Part shown: one piece after another, positions 34,231 to 42,801 of the stretch
Layout of the letters: the number at the start of each line of letters is the position of its first letter
Position numbering within the stretch: the stretch's first letter is position 1
From: Escherichia phage vB_EcoM-RPN242
Direction: 5' to 3' (one strand)
Sequence record: OL656110.1
DNA length: 64,000 nucleotides
Translations under genes and position numbers: made by a program
The notes under the pieces: generated by a model
What the model saw: only the letters and a program-made list of their open reading frames with translations
Told to the model about the DNA's origin: nothing
The model's database searches: none

Positions 34231-35553
34231 TTAGAAAAGTCCCTTAATTAACCCTTTGCGGAAATACACGTTGCTGTCCTTGGCGATACCATCCGCAGTC
34301 ACATAGACCTGTGGATCCTGGTTCGCTGGGATCTGAACGAATGGGTTAGCACAAATCCCGTAGCGGGTCTTGAATGCCATACGTGGTGCGAAGGTGGTTT
34401 CACCCTGGGTGCGGTACATTTCCAGCGGTACATACGGTGCGAAGAAGATACCAGCGTCCAGCGCGGTTGCGCCTTTGTATGCCAGGGTGATGTATTCTGC
34501 TACTGCATACGGGTCGATGTAGACACGCATACCGTTAGACAGCACACCAGCGAAGGTCTGGCCAGTCGGATCAATCGCCAGCTTGGTGTTTTCCTGCAGC
34601 GCCGGAGCATAATCCAGCATGCCGGACATCGCCAGAGCGGATGCTACGTTCGGAGAACACAGAACACGGTTGCCTTTACCACGACGGGTATCAACACCGA
34701 TGCCGTTCGCTTCAACTTCCAGCATGAAAGTCATGTACTTCCATTTTTCCAGCGCCCAACGACCGGAGATGTCAGTGGAGATATCTACGATACCATTGGT
34801 GCCGAATTTTTTGAAGCGTACTGCGCTGAAGTTCATGGTGCGGATAAACTCACGGTTCATCTCTGCCTGAATTTCAGTTACCATCACGTCGGACAGGATG
34901 CTGTCAACGTCTTCGCCGTGGATCGCCATCATGTCCTGGCGCAGTTCGTGGCTGTAGTCAGCGTACAGGCCACGAGACTTCGCAGTCACGGTTGCTTTCT
35001 GAACGGTGATACCAACACGTGCCCATGGGTTGGTGGTGGTGCCCAGCAGTTCGGCGTCGGTAGTTGACATACCTTTACCGATGGTGGTAGCAGCGCCGGA
35101 ACCTTCGATCTCAGTCTGGGAGAAGCCAGATGGGTCGCCAGCCTGTGCAGTGTCGTCACCAGAGTAGCCAGAATCAGCTTCCTGCATGAACAGTTCTTTA
35201 CGGGAATGTTGGGTGTTGGAGCCGCCGTCTGAAATGCCCTGGCGAGCACGCAGTGCGAAGATCTGACCGTCAGGACCAGACAACGGCTGAACGCCGAAGA
35301 AGTCCATCGCGATGTTGACCGGAGCCAGACGTTTGGCCATGTCGATCAGGACTGGCTGCCATTTGCCCACAGAGGCGTTCACGGAGCCAGGAGCGTCAGA
35401 TTCGCCCAGGTTTTTGGCGTTCCACTCAGCCTGGTTTTGCAGCAGACGGACGGCAACGTTTTCGGCAGAAAGCGGCTGGATGCTTTCAGATTCTTTCTGA
35501 AGAACTGGCAGCCACTGCTCGCGCATTTGTTCGGTAACAAGTTTCTTAGCCAT
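34231..35553 (-). CDS. 23: major capsid protein (T4 gp23-like)
   Basis: 440-aa ORF with a gp23-type sequence pattern; SD AAGGAA 8 nt upstream of the second ATG; strong terminator downstream; sits in 20-21-22-23 synteny. Confidence 0.85.
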   Translation of the reverse strand: MAKKLVTEQMREQWLPVLQKESESIQPLSAENVAVRLLQNQAEWNAKNLGESDAPGSVNASVGKWQPVLIDMAKRLAPVNIAMDFFGVQPLSGPDGQIFALRARQGISDGGSNTQHSRKELFMQEADSGYSGDDTAQAGDPSGFSQTEIEGSGAATTIGKGMSTTDAELLGTTTNPWARVGITVQKATVTAKSRGLYADYSHELRQDMMAIHGEDVDSILSDVMVTEIQAEMNREFIRTMNFSAVRFKKFGTNGIVDISTDISGRWALEKWKYMTFMLEVEANGIGVDTRRGKGNRVLCSPNVASALAMSGMLDYAPALQENTKLAIDPTGQTFAGVLSNGMRVYIDPYAVAEYITLAYKGATALDAGIFFAPYVPLEMYRTQGETTFAPRMAFKTRYGICANPFVQIPANQDPQVYVTADGIAKDSNVYFRKGLIKGLF

Positions 35554-35644
35554 GATGGTCATTCCTTACATTGATATTCAGTTAAGTTGAAATTACTTAG
35601 TAGTTCAAAATCAAGCCCCCTTTCGAGGGCTGTGGCTGCTAAAA

Positions 35645-36496
35645 TTAGCCGTTGATGCCGAAGCGACGATTATAGTCGGCCAACTGACGCTTGATAGATT
35701 CTTTCAGCTCTTTGTCTGTTTCATCTTCATCGTCATCTTCATCGCCTTCTTTCTTAGGCTTTTTGCCTTCGGCTTTAACATCTTTGTTGTCGTCATCGCC
35801 GTCTTTACCGCCGACTTTGTCCTGGAAGTCATCGTCATCGTCATCGCCTTCTTTCTTCACGGACTTACCTTCTACCAGGTTGCGGAAGGTGTGTACGCGG
35901 GAAGCGAATTCGCTTTCGGTGGTGAACTGCACAGCTTCCAGCAGATTGACAACCGTTGCTTTCTTGGTGTCGACCATACCTTCACAGATACGGGCGATCA
36001 CAGAGTCACGCAGAGTCGCATTCGCGGCTTCTTTGATTTGACGGTTTTCGCTTTCGGCAATCGCAGCACGTCGTTCTGCTTCGGTCAGGCGGGCAGTCAG
36101 CGCAGCGATCTGGCCGTTTTCGTCGGTGGCAAAGTTGATACCAGCTTCTTTCAGAACACCAGTCAGGCCAGTCAGCAGATTTTCAGCCGCTTCACGTTTG
36201 ATCTGAGCATCGATTCCAGGAGCGTTCTTGTTAGCCCACTCTTCTACAACAGCATTCAGGAAGCCATCGACTTTGGTCGCGATTTCCATCAAGTGAGACT
36301 CTTTCAGCTGAGCAATCTCAGCCTGATGAGCTTCAACCAGACGCAGGCGCTCAATGTTGGCAGCGTTTTCGGTTTCTTGAATAGCGTTCAGGCGAGCGGC
36401 TTCTACTTTAGATTCCAGCAGACCAGACACTTTATCCAGGAAGTCGGTGCTGAGGCCGTTAACGCCCTCAAACAGTTTTTGCAATTCAGGTTTCAT
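35645..36496 (-). CDS. 22: prohead scaffold protein (T4 gp22-like)
   Basis: Coiled-coil, highly acidic protein with a DDDDDD/EDDDEDE C-terminal tail; located between protease and capsid genes. Confidence 0.7.
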   Translation of the reverse strand: MKPELQKLFEGVNGLSTDFLDKVSGLLESKVEAARLNAIQETENAANIERLRLVEAHQAEIAQLKESHLMEIATKVDGFLNAVVEEWANKNAPGIDAQIKREAAENLLTGLTGVLKEAGINFATDENGQIAALTARLTEAERRAAIAESENRQIKEAANATLRDSVIARICEGMVDTKKATVVNLLEAVQFTTESEFASRVHTFRNLVEGKSVKKEGDDDDDDFQDKVGGKDGDDDNKDVKAEGKKPKKEGDEDDDEDETDKELKESIKRQLADYNRRFGING

Positions 36497-36523
36497 GATT
36501 GTTTCCTTCTGAACGATTTTCAG

Positions 36524-36530
36524 TATTTAG
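36524..36530 (-). promoter_or_regulatory. late-promoter-like motif CTAAATAC upstream of scaffold gene
   Basis: About 27 nt upstream of ATG 36496. Confidence 0.45.
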
Positions 36531-36541
36531 TGAGGCTGAAT

Positions 36542-37207
36542 TCAGCCCAGATGTTTCAATGCGATATCGAGGCGGCGCAGGAAGTCGTCTTCTAACTGAA
36601 TATTGGTTTTCACCAATGAATCGACCACATGCCCCTTAATGTCCTTAGGAACCCAAATTCCTGAAGATTCATCAAGCTGCCATTCCACAGATTCGCTCAC
36701 AGCCTTTACATAACAAACTTGTCCAGAAGGACGGTCGACTGCATCAACAGCAGTGAGCATAAAGCCGGGTTGAACGTCATCATAGCCGTTCACTGACTTG
36801 GTCTCACCAAGGCCACGTGTAGACACGGCCAGGTTGAAGTCTGCTTCAGCCAGAGCACGAATGATCTGACCTTTCGGTGTATTCAGGATCCGCGCTCGAC
36901 CGATAGCGTTGGTGCCTTCCCAGCGCAAAGATTCGGTTTTGAGTGCAGCGTGTTCGATATCGGGGAAAGGATAATCCGGATGCTTGAGTTCACCGATTGC
37001 ACGACGATCCTGGATATACTCTTTGTCGTATGCTTCGACAGCAGGGATACCCACCTTTTGGAGATCGTAGTTGCGACCATTACGGTTCACCTGGTTACAC
37101 ATCACGAATGGACCTTCGATGTACATGGCCTTGCCGCCAGTAGCCGTGGCCGCTTCACCAATCTGAAGATCTTTCCCTATCGCAGTGATCTCACGCAACA
37201 GTTTCAT
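36542..37207 (-). CDS. 21: prohead core protease (T4 gp21-like)
   Basis: 221 aa at the gp21 position; SD AAGGAG. Confidence 0.75.
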   Translation of the reverse strand: MKLLREITAIGKDLQIGEAATATGGKAMYIEGPFVMCNQVNRNGRNYDLQKVGIPAVEAYDKEYIQDRRAIGELKHPDYPFPDIEHAALKTESLRWEGTNAIGRARILNTPKGQIIRALAEADFNLAVSTRGLGETKSVNGYDDVQPGFMLTAVDAVDRPSGQVCYVKAVSESVEWQLDESSGIWVPKDIKGHVVDSLVKTNIQLEDDFLRRLDIALKHLG

Positions 37208-37217
37208 CATTCGCTCC

Positions 37218-37523
37218 TTAACTCAGTCCCATCATACGACGGAACTTCATTGCTTTTTTCTTACGACGCTCGATTTTGCGCTGGTATCCCATACCCATGC
37301 GTTTCTTGGCTCGGATCGCCTTGCGGTTGCCCAGCTTGCGAGTACGGCGCTCACTGGCGACCATCACCTCACAACGGGAACCATCCGCAGACAGTTTGAA
37401 ACCAGGAGCACACTGAAGACGGCGACGGCGTTTGCCTTTTGCGTTCACCTTGTCAATGACTTTCTGCTCATCCATGCGGGAAGCCAGGAAATCAGCGAAC
37501 GTTGCAACTTCTTCGATTTCCAT
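37218..37523 (-). CDS. prohead core / internal basic protein (gp68-like by position)
   Basis: 101 aa with a very basic C-terminus (KGKRRRRL...RRKKKAMKFRR); SD AAGAGGAA. Confidence 0.5.
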   Translation of the reverse strand: MEIEEVATFADFLASRMDEQKVIDKVNAKGKRRRRLQCAPGFKLSADGSRCEVMVASERRTRKLGNRKAIRAKKRMGMGYQRKIERRKKKAMKFRRMMGLS

Positions 37524-37535
37524 GATACATTCCTC

Positions 37536-37706
37536 TTACTGGTCGTCGCCGAAAGGACCCATGTCTTGGCTCAGGGAGTTCAAGACATATTCAGTACCCT
37601 GCTGGACCAGTTCTTGGGCGCGAGCGGACAGCTCCATTTCGCATTCAGCAGCAGCGGCATCAGTATCACCAGCGATGATTGCTTTTACCAGATCGATAGC
37701 GGCCAT
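37536..37706 (-). CDS. small acidic prohead core protein (gp67-like by position)
   Basis: 56 aa from the ATG with SD AGAGGA at 7 nt; positioned between the portal and core genes. Confidence 0.4.
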   Translation of the reverse strand: MAAIDLVKAIIAGDTDAAAAECEMELSARAQELVQQGTEYVLNSLSQDMGPFGDDQ

Positions 37707-37743
37707 GTTCATATCCTCTAAATGTTTTCTATACTTAGTCGAA

Positions 37744-39438
37744 TTATTCTTCACCACCAGGAGGGTTAGTCGCTGGGATGACGTTAGGTCTGAATTTCAG
37801 TGGACTGACTTCCCCGCTGCCGAAGCCGCCGGACTCATCTGCCTGCACTTCAGGGTATTTGCCTTCTTTCTTCTCTTTCGCGATCTTCTCTTGCTGGTCT
37901 TTGATGTCTTCATCGGACATACGCAGCAAATTGCGTTGAGCAAAATCGATAGAGAAGAGAGTGCCGATATATGGTTCGATCTGACCGAGAGCCGCCATAC
38001 GCTGTGACAAGATTTCGTTCTCTTGTTGTTCACGGATGAAGCTGTCAGAAGTGAATTCGAACTTGACGAACGGCTTGATCTTCTCATTCCAGTCAGCCTG
38101 ATCTGTAATGCCTTTCAATATCAGTTGACGGCGCAGAAGTTCCAGGAAGATACCAGAAGAATAACGACGGCGCAGGCTCGCACAGAACTTGTTGAAGCGC
38201 AGTTCTTCCTGTGTGATTTCAGCAAGATTGGAACCACCGATGTTGATGGAACCTTCCTCTTGCAGGCGGCTCTTAGGGATCATCAGAGCCTCGTAGAGCT
38301 TCTCGCGGAAGTATACCACATGATCCATTTGACCCAGTTGATCGCCACCGCCTACGTTGGAGATCTCGGTTGCGTTCTGCCCTTCGCGACGTGGTAGCCA
38401 GTAGTCCTCAGCGATACCCATCAAATGAGTGTTACCAGCCACCTTACCAGTGGTGCGATCATACGCCAGGCGGTTCTTGAATTTGCCCATCATGGCTTGC
38501 ATGTATTCTTCGGCCGACTTCTTACCCAGCGTACCCACGTCGAGATAGAAAGCTCGCTTCTCAGGAGCACGTGTGATCGCATAGATCACCGTTGCATCTT
38601 CAGTTGTAACAAGGTTGTTCAGGGGACGGATAGCTGGGTTCAGCAGGCTTGGTACAACCCCATTCGCCAGAGGCTCTTCACCACTGTCCAGATACACTAT
38701 GCTCTCATCATCAAACACCAGCTCTTGCTGTGACGGTTGGAAGTTCTGAGACGTACCGGACTGGCCAGTGAATTGGTTGCGGTTGTAGTTCGGGTTGTAG
38801 TAGTATTGAAGTTTTACGTCATTGATGACTTCGATACCGTCGCGCATCGCCTTTTGAACGATGTACACTGGGCGGATACAGCGTGAGTCCATCATGATGA
38901 GTTTGGCGATACCCGCTTTCTTGTTCTTCGGGTCCACTACAACGTGGAATGCCTGACGGCCTTCAATATACCATTTGCGGATCTTCTGATACGCTGTGTT
39001 GTCAAAGTCAAGGAGATGCATGATCTCTTTGAATGCGTCAGTGATCTTCTCTTTGACTTCGTCTGTGATGCCATCTACCTTTTCCAGGTTGATGGTTACA
39101 GGAGTCTCTTCCTCTTCACAAGTGACGACGTCGTTGACAATGATATCCACAGCCTTACGAATCTCAGGCTGCTGAGCCATAGACTGGTACTCTTCGACCA
39201 GCTGTTTGACGTTGAGCAACTCATTCTCAACACCAACGAAATTGAATGTGTTCGCGCCGCCCTGGAGGATGATGGAACCATCCTGAGAATCGTCCAGCGC
39301 AACAACAGTCGCTTTTGAAAGCAACTTCTCTTCTTGGTTCGTGACCATCTTGTCGGTATCAATCGGCGCTTCTACTTTGCCGCCTCTGCCGAACAAGCCG
39401 AAGAACCCATTTCCGAATGCACCATTACCGAATGCCAT
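37744..39438 (-). CDS. 20: portal vertex protein (T4 gp20-like)
   Basis: 564 aa, Gly-rich N-terminus, SD TGAGGA; at the T4 gene 20 position. Confidence 0.8.
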   Translation of the reverse strand: MAFGNGAFGNGFFGLFGRGGKVEAPIDTDKMVTNQEEKLLSKATVVALDDSQDGSIILQGGANTFNFVGVENELLNVKQLVEEYQSMAQQPEIRKAVDIIVNDVVTCEEEETPVTINLEKVDGITDEVKEKITDAFKEIMHLLDFDNTAYQKIRKWYIEGRQAFHVVVDPKNKKAGIAKLIMMDSRCIRPVYIVQKAMRDGIEVINDVKLQYYYNPNYNRNQFTGQSGTSQNFQPSQQELVFDDESIVYLDSGEEPLANGVVPSLLNPAIRPLNNLVTTEDATVIYAITRAPEKRAFYLDVGTLGKKSAEEYMQAMMGKFKNRLAYDRTTGKVAGNTHLMGIAEDYWLPRREGQNATEISNVGGGDQLGQMDHVVYFREKLYEALMIPKSRLQEEGSINIGGSNLAEITQEELRFNKFCASLRRRYSSGIFLELLRRQLILKGITDQADWNEKIKPFVKFEFTSDSFIREQQENEILSQRMAALGQIEPYIGTLFSIDFAQRNLLRMSDEDIKDQQEKIAKEKKEGKYPEVQADESGGFGSGEVSPLKFRPNVIPATNPPGGEE

Positions 39439-39503
39439 GATTAAGTCCTCAACATTTTCTTGTAATTAGTGAGGGGGAATAAGATCCCCCAGCACTGAGG
39501 ACA

Positions 39504-40037
39504 TTAGAGAGACTTGTCTGAGATGGCCTGGAAGTAACGCAGGTCAACAGTGAACTGAGTATAAGAGTCCATTGCAGACATGTCCAGTTCCAGCTGACCG
39601 AGGTTCTGAGGCCAGGCACCCTGAAGGGTCCAGGTCTTGGTGACGTTGTCATTCGCATCCAACAGTTCCATGATTACATCACGGAAATAATCATCTGGGT
39701 TAGCAGACGCACGGTTGTTGTTGCTGCCGTTGATATACTGCTGCCAGACTTCGAATGCGTTGTACGGGGCGTTGTCCACGACGTTGATGAACGTCACAGG
39801 CAGAGCCTCGAAGCGGCGGTCACCTGGGAATGGAAGTTCACGACCACCCCATGGGACGAGTATTTCCCCGAGCTGGCCTGTTGGGGTATTTGTGGTCACC
39901 GCCAACAGCGAAACATCACGGATAGTATCGCTTCCAGCCACGAAGGAAGGGAAGTTAACAGTCACACGCCAACGGTGTTGGCGCTGAACGCCACCCCCGC
40001 GTGACATAGCTGCTCTGAATTCATTAACTGTAGCCAT
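39504..40037 (-). CDS. 19: tail tube protein (T4 gp19-like)
   Basis: 177 aa; C-terminal GAWPQNLGQLELDMSAMDSYTQFTVDL parallels T4 gp19 GLWPTNVGELQLDWDSNNEIQTFEVTL. Confidence 0.8.
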   Translation of the reverse strand: MATVNEFRAAMSRGGGVQRQHRWRVTVNFPSFVAGSDTIRDVSLLAVTTNTPTGQLGEILVPWGGRELPFPGDRRFEALPVTFINVVDNAPYNAFEVWQQYINGSNNNRASANPDDYFRDVIMELLDANDNVTKTWTLQGAWPQNLGQLELDMSAMDSYTQFTVDLRYFQAISDKSL

Positions 40038-40057
40038 TATAGATTCTCCAGAAAGAG

Positions 40058-40771
40058 TTACACAATTCTAATTAGCTGCCAACCCGTCGTGTTCAAACGC
40101 TCTGCGGTCGCAGTTTTCCTATGATACACAGACGGTGGTGGAACTGGAATACCCTTGTCGATGTAATCATAGAGTGCTGAATATTTAAGTCCCAACCTCT
40201 CCACGTATTCGCGACAATTCCCGTGGATTTCGTATTCTTCGCCGGATGGAGATACCAATTTGAATCGCTTGGCATGACCGTTGTTCTTGCCCTTTCTGAT
40301 TCCAGTTTCAATGCATTTTCGACTAAATGATAATTTACCTTCTTCTTTCCATTCAACCCCGATCCGACAGCTAATGATTTCTCCTGTTTTCCACCGTGGA
40401 TCATCGCAATCAACTAAACCGAGATGTTCACCAGTAGAAGTCAAAACTGCTCCGTGTTTATTGGAAAATGTGGACCCGTCTCCACCCCAGGTCTTGTTGT
40501 ACCCTTTCTGAGTTGACATGTGGGTTCCGTGTTGCTTTATAAGAATGATTTCCAATTCTTTTAGATCTTCCAGGGATTTGGTCTGGGCTAACACTTGAAC
40601 AGAAAAGGACTCTTCTCCGTACTTTCTTATTGCTTGGTGAATAAAGTAATCAGATCCCTTCTGAGCACTATTGCAGTGCTCCCACCACCTTTGCATAGGG
40701 TCTCTCGTCGTTATCCCAATATAGGCTTTCTGATTGACTAGATTTGTAATTTTGTAAACACTTCCGATCAT
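40058..40771 (-). CDS. GIY-YIG homing endonuclease (free-standing, between tail tube and sheath genes)
   Basis: N-terminal GSVYKITNLVNQKAYIGIT...RWWEH is a classic GIY-YIG module; 237 aa. Confidence 0.8.
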   Translation of the reverse strand: MIGSVYKITNLVNQKAYIGITTRDPMQRWWEHCNSAQKGSDYFIHQAIRKYGEESFSVQVLAQTKSLEDLKELEIILIKQHGTHMSTQKGYNKTWGGDGSTFSNKHGAVLTSTGEHLGLVDCDDPRWKTGEIISCRIGVEWKEEGKLSFSRKCIETGIRKGKNNGHAKRFKLVSPSGEEYEIHGNCREYVERLGLKYSALYDYIDKGIPVPPPSVYHRKTATAERLNTTGWQLIRIV

Positions 40772-40853
40772 TTCGATGCTCTCTCAGTAAAATCGTTCCA
40801 TTTTAACCCGCGAGAGACCATTGAAATGCCCTCCGAAGAGGGCATGGGGTAAA

Positions 40854-42749
40854 TTAAGAAGCGGCTACGATACCACCACCGGATTCGATCTCACTGAATT
40901 CCATGTCTGGACGCACGGAAGCAAAATCAAGATACACCCAATTTATACTGTACTCTGGTTTCAGCCAGATACCCGCGACCATGGTGTTGGCTGCGATAAC
41001 ATCAGCGGTGTTGTTGTCCTCGTCACACTTCACCATCCCGTCATAGATCGCGCCCATGTTGGCCAACTGGCGGATATATGGGCGGACAGCGTTGCTGAAC
41101 AACCCACGAGTGAATGCATCGTTGTTCTCACCAAGGTAGTATTTGGCGATGGCTGCGATATTCTGCTCTGCCATAATGAACAGACCACGAACGTTGATGC
41201 GGTCGAACGCAGATGGGCGGGTCAGGCCAGTCTTGTCGCCGTACAACACGATGCCTTCGTTGGAGAAGGTGACGATGCTGTTGATCTGGTTGCGATACAG
41301 CACAGCACGCTCATCAGAAGACGCAGACCACGCCATTCGATTATAGTTGTTGTATTTACCACGGTTGTGGAACGCCGGAGATTTGTAGATACCCGCGATT
41401 TCAATGCTTCGCGCCCAAACACCTGCGGTGCCGCCACAAGCCGGAATCCAACGCATTTTGTCGTTGTACTTGTCGTACACATACGCCCAGTTGTCATCCA
41501 TGAAGAAGTAGGAGGAGTCGCGAACAAGGCTTTCACGCCAGGCCACAACATCATCCATCTCACGGCCACGGTTTCCGACGACCGTATCGCGAAGAGGAGA
41601 CACGAAGGACACTGTGTCTTTACGCTCGGTGGACAGGTCGATCAGTGCCTGCTGCTCAATCAGTTCTTCACAGAAACCGAACACTGGCTTGGCATCATAC
41701 GCTTCGGCGTTGTTCAGTGCCTGGATAGCCGCAACACGGTTCCCAGTGTAATCGTCTACACCACCTTCGAGTTCAATCACACCAGCAGCCAGGGTAGTGG
41801 CGAAGGTGTACACCCAATTTGAGGTGCCGTTGATCACGTCTTTGAAGTACGCATTGGATCCATCAGATTTCTTAGAACCCTGAGCGGTCTGCACCAGTTC
41901 ATACTTCTCGATGATCGTACCGGAAGCACCAACAGTTGTGACGGCAGCGGTGGCAGTCAGACCATTCGCGTCTGGAACAATCGCAGTCGCAGCCTGAGGA
42001 CCGATTGCTTTGTGAGTGACGGTGACGGTGTTGGACTTCACGACAACAGAAGAATACACGTCAGACAGGGACGTCAGCGCGGTTCCGATCTTTGTCGCCA
42101 GAGTCGCCGGGGTGTCAGCGTCAGTGTACGCCACGGCTTCACCAGCAACAGAGATGGAACCAGCAGCGGTGGCAGTACCGGATACAGAGATACGATCAAC
42201 CTGACTAACAGCGCCAGAAGAGTCGGTAATGCGACCTACTTTGTCAACGATGGCGATATGGTACTCGCCATCCTGTGGAGCATATGCGAAGTTGTTACGG
42301 AATTCCCAGGTCGGGAACAGCGCAGCATCACAGATGTTCACAGCAATGTCGTTACCCAGAGAGCCAGCATAGCGGCCTGTCCAGGTAATAGACGCAGATG
42401 GGGACGCAGTTTCGAAGTCTAGTTTGTTGCGGATAAGGATTGCAGTCTGACCTTTGGTTACAGCGTTGCGTGCCGCCGGACCGACCACACGGGTCACCCA
42501 TGCAACAGAGCTGTAAGACAGGAAGTCAGCAATCACCAAGAAGTCGGTGGCAGTTGCATCGTTTGGCTTGAAGAATTTCTTCACCAGACCAGTTTCGCCA
42601 CCAGTGACCAACACAGGGAGTTCTGCTTCACCCCATTGGAATTTGCCGACAGTCGCACCCTGAACAACAACGGATGGAGACGTCTGAAGCGTGGCATCAC
42701 GCTCAGTCCACTGTACGGACGGCGCAACGCTGAAGCTTTGAGTTGCCAT
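40854..42749 (-). CDS. 18: tail sheath protein (T4 gp18-like)
   Basis: 631 aa from ATG 42749 with SD AAGGAA; CTAAATAT motif about 45 nt upstream; at the gene 18 position. Confidence 0.85.
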   Translation of the reverse strand: MATQSFSVAPSVQWTERDATLQTSPSVVVQGATVGKFQWGEAELPVLVTGGETGLVKKFFKPNDATATDFLVIADFLSYSSVAWVTRVVGPAARNAVTKGQTAILIRNKLDFETASPSASITWTGRYAGSLGNDIAVNICDAALFPTWEFRNNFAYAPQDGEYHIAIVDKVGRITDSSGAVSQVDRISVSGTATAAGSISVAGEAVAYTDADTPATLATKIGTALTSLSDVYSSVVVKSNTVTVTHKAIGPQAATAIVPDANGLTATAAVTTVGASGTIIEKYELVQTAQGSKKSDGSNAYFKDVINGTSNWVYTFATTLAAGVIELEGGVDDYTGNRVAAIQALNNAEAYDAKPVFGFCEELIEQQALIDLSTERKDTVSFVSPLRDTVVGNRGREMDDVVAWRESLVRDSSYFFMDDNWAYVYDKYNDKMRWIPACGGTAGVWARSIEIAGIYKSPAFHNRGKYNNYNRMAWSASSDERAVLYRNQINSIVTFSNEGIVLYGDKTGLTRPSAFDRINVRGLFIMAEQNIAAIAKYYLGENNDAFTRGLFSNAVRPYIRQLANMGAIYDGMVKCDEDNNTADVIAANTMVAGIWLKPEYSINWVYLDFASVRPDMEFSEIESGGGIVAAS

Positions 42750-42791
42750 AATCTTATTCCTTCTCTGTAGAGTTTCGCTCAATTTGAAAGA

Positions 42792-42798
42792 TATTTAG
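42792..42798 (-). promoter_or_regulatory. late-promoter-like motif CTAAATAT upstream of sheath gene
   Basis: About 45 nt upstream of ATG 42749. Confidence 0.45.
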
Positions 42799-42801
42799 TG
42801 A

